Assembly: GCA_045803545.1 (NCBI GenBank)
Contig: JBJMOW010000005.1
Span: forward strand, 544,001-608,000
From: Gemmatimonadaceae bacterium
Lineage (GTDB): Bacteria > Gemmatimonadota > Gemmatimonadetes > Gemmatimonadales > Gemmatimonadaceae
Reading direction: 5' to 3'
Length of the DNA: 64,000 bases
A program made the position numbers and the translations under genes. How positions within the stretch are numbered: position 1 is the stretch's first letter; every line of letters begins with the position of its first letter. This document shows, one piece after another, positions 60,280 through 64,000 of this stretch. The notes below the pieces were generated by a model. That model was not told where the DNA came from, did not search any database, and saw nothing but the letters and a program-made list of their open reading frames with translations.

Positions 60280-61313
60280 TATTTCGCCGGCTCGACCTTG
60301 ACGCTGTCCTCCAGCCCGTAGGCGCCCTCGGTCACCACCCGCTCACCGGCTGCCAGCCCGCTGGTGATCTCTGCGGTCGTTTCGTTGCGGCGACCGAGGG
60401 TCACTTTGCGTTCGCGCGCAACATTGCCAACTGTCACGACAAAAACTTTGAATTCGTCGCCTTCGGGAACGAGCGCGGTCACCGGTATCACGATCGCCCG
60501 CGGATGAACCGCGGTGGTGATCTGACCAAAGATCGTTTCGCCGATTCGCAACGGTCGGGCGCCCGGCGGCGCCTGCGCGCGCACCGACACGCTCCGCGTT
60601 GCGGTATCGACTGCTCCACCCACGTCGGAGATGCGGCCGACACCGAGCGGCTCACCCTTCGCCGTCTCACCGGCGCTCAATGTCACCGACGCGCCCGGCG
60701 CGACACGAGCAGCGTCGGTTGGAGAGACATTGAATAGAATGTCGAGCGCGTTCAGATCCGCGACCTCAACAAGCGATTGACCGACATCGACTGTCGCCCC
60801 GATCGGGGCGCTCAGCTTGGTGACGACTCCTGCGATTGGCGCACGCAGTACCGCGAGTTGCGCCTGCCGCCGCGCCGTCGTCGCCGCTGCACGGGCCTGC
60901 GCAAGCTCAGTCGCCGCCTGGTCAGCATCCTTTCGAGGTACAATGCCCGCATCGGCGAGACGTCGGGCGCGCTCGTAGCTCCGTTCGGCTCCGGTAAGCG
61001 CCGCCTCGGCGCTTTGTGCGGCGGCGATGAATGGCGCCTGCTCGAATGCGATCAGGGCAGTGCCGGCACCGACTTTCTCACCGAGCGATACAAAAACACT
61101 TGCGACTCGTGCCGGAGCCGGCGCACTGAGCGCCGCGAAGTGGCCGGCCCGAGCGTTCACGCTACCGATCGAGCTGATTACGTCGGCAAACGGCTGCATC
61201 ATCGCCACCGCTGTCTTGACCGTCACCACTGCAGCCGGAGCATCATCACTCTGCGCACCGCGGCAGCCAGTTGCCAGCGCGCCGAGAACCAGAACTCGAA
61301 GTGCTCGCTTCAC
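60279..61313 (-). CDS. RND periplasmic adaptor (membrane fusion protein), lipoprotein
   Basis: Lipobox ATGC; LRAPIAGVV, GLAAGERVVTEG. Confidence 0.92.
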   Translation of the reverse strand: MKRALRVLVLGALATGCRGAQSDDAPAAVVTVKTAVAMMQPFADVISSIGSVNARAGHFAALSAPAPARVASVFVSLGEKVGAGTALIAFEQAPFIAAAQSAEAALTGAERSYERARRLADAGIVPRKDADQAATELAQARAAATTARRQAQLAVLRAPIAGVVTKLSAPIGATVDVGQSLVEVADLNALDILFNVSPTDAARVAPGASVTLSAGETAKGEPLGVGRISDVGGAVDTATRSVSVRAQAPPGARPLRIGETIFGQITTAVHPRAIVIPVTALVPEGDEFKVFVVTVGNVARERKVTLGRRNETTAEITSGLAAGERVVTEGAYGLEDSVKVEPAK

Positions 61314-62485
61314 GGTTCCTGGATTGGGATGTTATAGAGGCGGAGCGTCGCCGTCGCGATCCACGCATCGGCAAGATCATCGATATACTGCCCGAGAATC
61401 TCGCGTGCATTGCGCTGCGCCTCTAGCACCGCCGGAAGGCCTTGCGCGCCTTCCCGATATGCCGTGAGCGACATTGTCACAATGCGATTGGCGTCGGCAA
61501 CCAAGCCCTGATCCCGACGAACACGTTCCAGCGCAAGATTTCGCTGCCTCTGTGCCCTGCCGATCGCAGTCTTTGTTTCGAGCTGCGCAAGCGTCAACTC
61601 GGCGCGCGCGCGTTCGCGCTCGGCCTCAGCCTGCAGGATTCCTCCCCGATTTCGATTGAGCAATGGCATTGGAAGAGATACGCCAAAGGTCGGCAGGATG
61701 CCCGTCTGCGAGGGGTCACCGTGCTCGATACCTGCCTGGACGCTGAACGGAGCGAAAATGCCGCGACGCTGCGCCCGCACTGACAATTCCGCGGCCCGTA
61801 ACGATTGTTCGGCCGACGCGATGGGTAGCGGTAAAGCGTTGGCGAAGCCCGCGTCGCCGGTCGGCACGGTTAGCGAATCGCCTGGAATCACCGTCAACAA
61901 TGTCGTGTCTAAGCCCATTACCGCCTGCAGGTCGAACACCGTCGATGCAAGCGTGATCGAATCTGAAGCAGCGGAGTTGGCCGCTTGCCCCGAGTTGACG
62001 GTCGCGAGCAACACATCAAGCTCACTGGCGTCGCCCGCATCGCGCCTGACGATCGCCATTCGTCGCAGACTATCGGCATCTCGGGCGTTGCGTTTTGAAA
62101 GCTTCAGGTGCTCGAGCGCCGCGACGGAGCGAGTGTAGGTCGTGTCGGCATCGAGAGCCGCGGCGCCGCGCTCGAATCTGAATCGGTACACGCTGGCGAG
62201 TCGGGCGGCCTGCGCCGCCCCGATGCGCGCCGAGCGGGCCCCACTGAGGTCCAACGGGATGTCGAGAATCTCGTGGTACGTCGGAACGGATTTGGAGTAG
62301 GTAAGCGACAGGCTGGGATTCTCCCACTGCCTGGCACTGATTACACCGGCGGCGCCAACAAGAGTGTCCGCTCGCGCCACCGCTGCCCGCGCACCGCGAT
62401 TCACGGCCGCATCGATTGCCTGTTGTCGGCTTATCGGCTGCTGCGCTGTAACCCTCGTTGTTCCCAGGGTTACAGCGGCCAGCAT
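61310..62485 (-). CDS. TolC-family outer membrane efflux protein
   Basis: ENPSL, VSLPMPLLNRNRG, AYREG...VLEAQR; start uncertain. Confidence 0.9.
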   Translation of the reverse strand: MLAAVTLGTTRVTAQQPISRQQAIDAAVNRGARAAVARADTLVGAAGVISARQWENPSLSLTYSKSVPTYHEILDIPLDLSGARSARIGAAQAARLASVYRFRFERGAAALDADTTYTRSVAALEHLKLSKRNARDADSLRRMAIVRRDAGDASELDVLLATVNSGQAANSAASDSITLASTVFDLQAVMGLDTTLLTVIPGDSLTVPTGDAGFANALPLPIASAEQSLRAAELSVRAQRRGIFAPFSVQAGIEHGDPSQTGILPTFGVSLPMPLLNRNRGGILQAEAERERARAELTLAQLETKTAIGRAQRQRNLALERVRRDQGLVADANRIVTMSLTAYREGAQGLPAVLEAQRNAREILGQYIDDLADAWIATATLRLYNIPIQEP

Positions 62486-62653
62486 TAGGCCGAGAGTGCA
62501 AAGCTGCTTTCTGAAGGCCAGATACTTCTCCAAATCAGGAACGCGCGAGAGGCGCAAATGCGACACGGGTGGGGCAAGGCGCATTCCAGCGCCTCGCCCC
62601 ACCCGCCCGAAAAAATGTCCGACCTGGCCGGGACTCGATAGTCCCCAGCGAGA

Positions 62654-63085
62654 TTACTTGGTCGTCTTCTTTTCCTTCGCTTCCTTCTTGGCTTCCGCCT
62701 TTTCGGTCTTCGGGGTCTCGTGCGACTTCGCGACGACACTTCCGTCGACTGCATTGATGTTTACTTCGTCAATGCCCGACTTGCCGGGGACGCTGATGTC
62801 GTACGAATAAATGAGCTTGCCGTTCTCGCGCTCCAGCTCTTCGGACTTCACGGTTCCATTCGGAACTTCCTTGAGTGCGGTCGCGCGTGCGTCAGCCTCG
62901 GAAACCTTGGCGGCCTTCTGGAGATCAGCCTGCGTCTCCTTCTTGACGGTGCGACGATGATGCTTGGCATTCGCCGACGTGGTGGAGCTGGTTTTTACTG
63001 CTGCTTTGGATGCGGCTGGCGCCTGCGCGCCGGCAACCGTCGTGGTAGCAGCGATGGCGATCGCCACGGCTATCACTTTGAACAT
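62654..63085 (-). CDS. Secreted PepSY-domain protein
   Basis: Signal peptide; VSEADARATAL..VPNG.V...ELE.ENGKLIYSYDI...EVNINAVDG; AGGAG RBS. Confidence 0.88.
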   Translation of the reverse strand: MFKVIAVAIAIAATTTVAGAQAPAASKAAVKTSSTTSANAKHHRRTVKKETQADLQKAAKVSEADARATALKEVPNGTVKSEELERENGKLIYSYDISVPGKSGIDEVNINAVDGSVVAKSHETPKTEKAEAKKEAKEKKTTK

Positions 63086-63227
63086 TGATACTCCTCGTCT
63101 AAGTAAACTGCAGCCCGCATGCTGCGCGGGAATTAGCCCGCGGTGGTCAGCGCGAATGTTATGGGCAGAACCTGTCATGTCGATTACACAGTGTTGACTT
63201 GGGTGTACATCGTATAGATTGGCGCAC

Positions 63228-63896
63228 ATGCGTGTGTTCTTGGTTGAAGACGATCCGGGGCTGGCGGCAATCATCAAGACTGGTTTCGCTGAGCACGGCG
63301 TACAGGTTGTGACCGTCGCCAACTATGCCGACGGGAAGATGAAAGCATTGCTCGGCACGTTCGACGTCATCATTCTCGACGTAATGTTGCCGGGAGGCAG
63401 CGGCTTTGATCTTTGTCGCGAGCTGCGATCGCGCGAAGTTGCGACTCCAATTCTGATGCTCACGGCGAGAGACACGGTCGACGATCGCGTCGCTGGTCTC
63501 GAGGTCGGAGCGGATGATTATTTGACGAAACCATTTGCGTTCCGCGAGCTGCTCGCACGTGTGCGCGCGCTCGGCCGTCGGCGTGGCGCGCCGCTGCCGG
63601 AGACGCTCAAGATCTCCGATCTCGAGGTTGATCTCGACGCGCAACGCGTTCGCCGCTCGGGAAAGCCGATCGAGCTGACGGCGAAAGAGTTCTCCCTGCT
63701 CGAGTTTTTCGTGCTGCACAATGGACAGGTGGTCGACCGAGCCGCGATCACCGCGCATGTCTGGGACGAGAATCACGATCCCTTCACCAATGTGCTCGAG
63801 GTGCTGGTGCGGCGGCTGCGCAGAAAGATCGACGATGAGTTTCCAAACAAGTTGATCCAGACGGTGCGCGGCTCCGGATATCGCTTTGGCGATTGA
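63228..63896 (+). CDS. OmpR-family response regulator (CusR/CzcR-like)
   Basis: LVEDD, ILDVMLP, LTARD, GADDYLTKPF, TVRGSGY. Confidence 0.95.
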   Translation: MRVFLVEDDPGLAAIIKTGFAEHGVQVVTVANYADGKMKALLGTFDVIILDVMLPGGSGFDLCRELRSREVATPILMLTARDTVDDRVAGLEVGADDYLTKPFAFRELLARVRALGRRRGAPLPETLKISDLEVDLDAQRVRRSGKPIELTAKEFSLLEFFVLHNGQVVDRAAITAHVWDENHDPFTNVLEVLVRRLRRKIDDEFPNKLIQTVRGSGYRFGD

Positions 63897-63918
63897 CGCG
63901 ACTTCGTCGCGTAGCGGA

Positions 63919-64000
63919 GTGCAGCGGCTCATTCGCCTGCGGATCCGCCTTACAATCTGGTATCTCGCAACTTTCGGCACTATCATCCTGCTGCTCGGCA
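63919..64000 (+). CDS. Cognate sensor histidine kinase, 5' fragment truncated by the window edge
   Basis: GTG-QRLIRLRIRLTIWYLATFGTIILLLG, the typical first TM helix of CusS-like kinases. Confidence 0.7.
   Translation, partial: MQRLIRLRIRLTIWYLATFGTIILLLG

Overview
A GC-rich bacterial chromosomal window. The gene repertoire (alternative complex III, a SusC/SusD pair, HemQ, type IV pilins, an M14 peptidase) suggests Gemmatimonadota, but that is inference. Most of it is housekeeping and envelope genes. Main points: (1) An ~11.4 kb element is integrated in tRNA-Pro(GGG), bounded by a 45-bp direct repeat (42923-42967 / 54340-54384). It encodes Xis, an HUH rolling-circle Rep with a CTTG^ATA-type nick site and a tyrosine integrase, and has paired arm-type repeats at both ends. 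No conjugation or virion genes are recognisable. Its cargo is two uncharacterised operons: DUF4236 + SAM methyltransferase + 3-TM protein, and GYF_2-RDD + membrane-anchored trypsin-like protease + membrane protein. These are the best candidates for an undescribed system. (2) A c-di-GMP-I (GEMM) riboswitch whose P1 stem would hide the RBS of a pseudo-receiver/degenerate-GGDEF gene, inside a REC-GGDEF*/kinase/REC-GGDEF* cluster. (3) A complete actABCDEF operon preceded by a perfect Rex-type operator. (4) A type IV pilin paralog broken by a one-base frameshift near an intact pilA. (5) Several genes look leaderless. No CRISPR array or rRNA was seen. Start codons were picked by eye, and family names come from motif recognition, not database searches.
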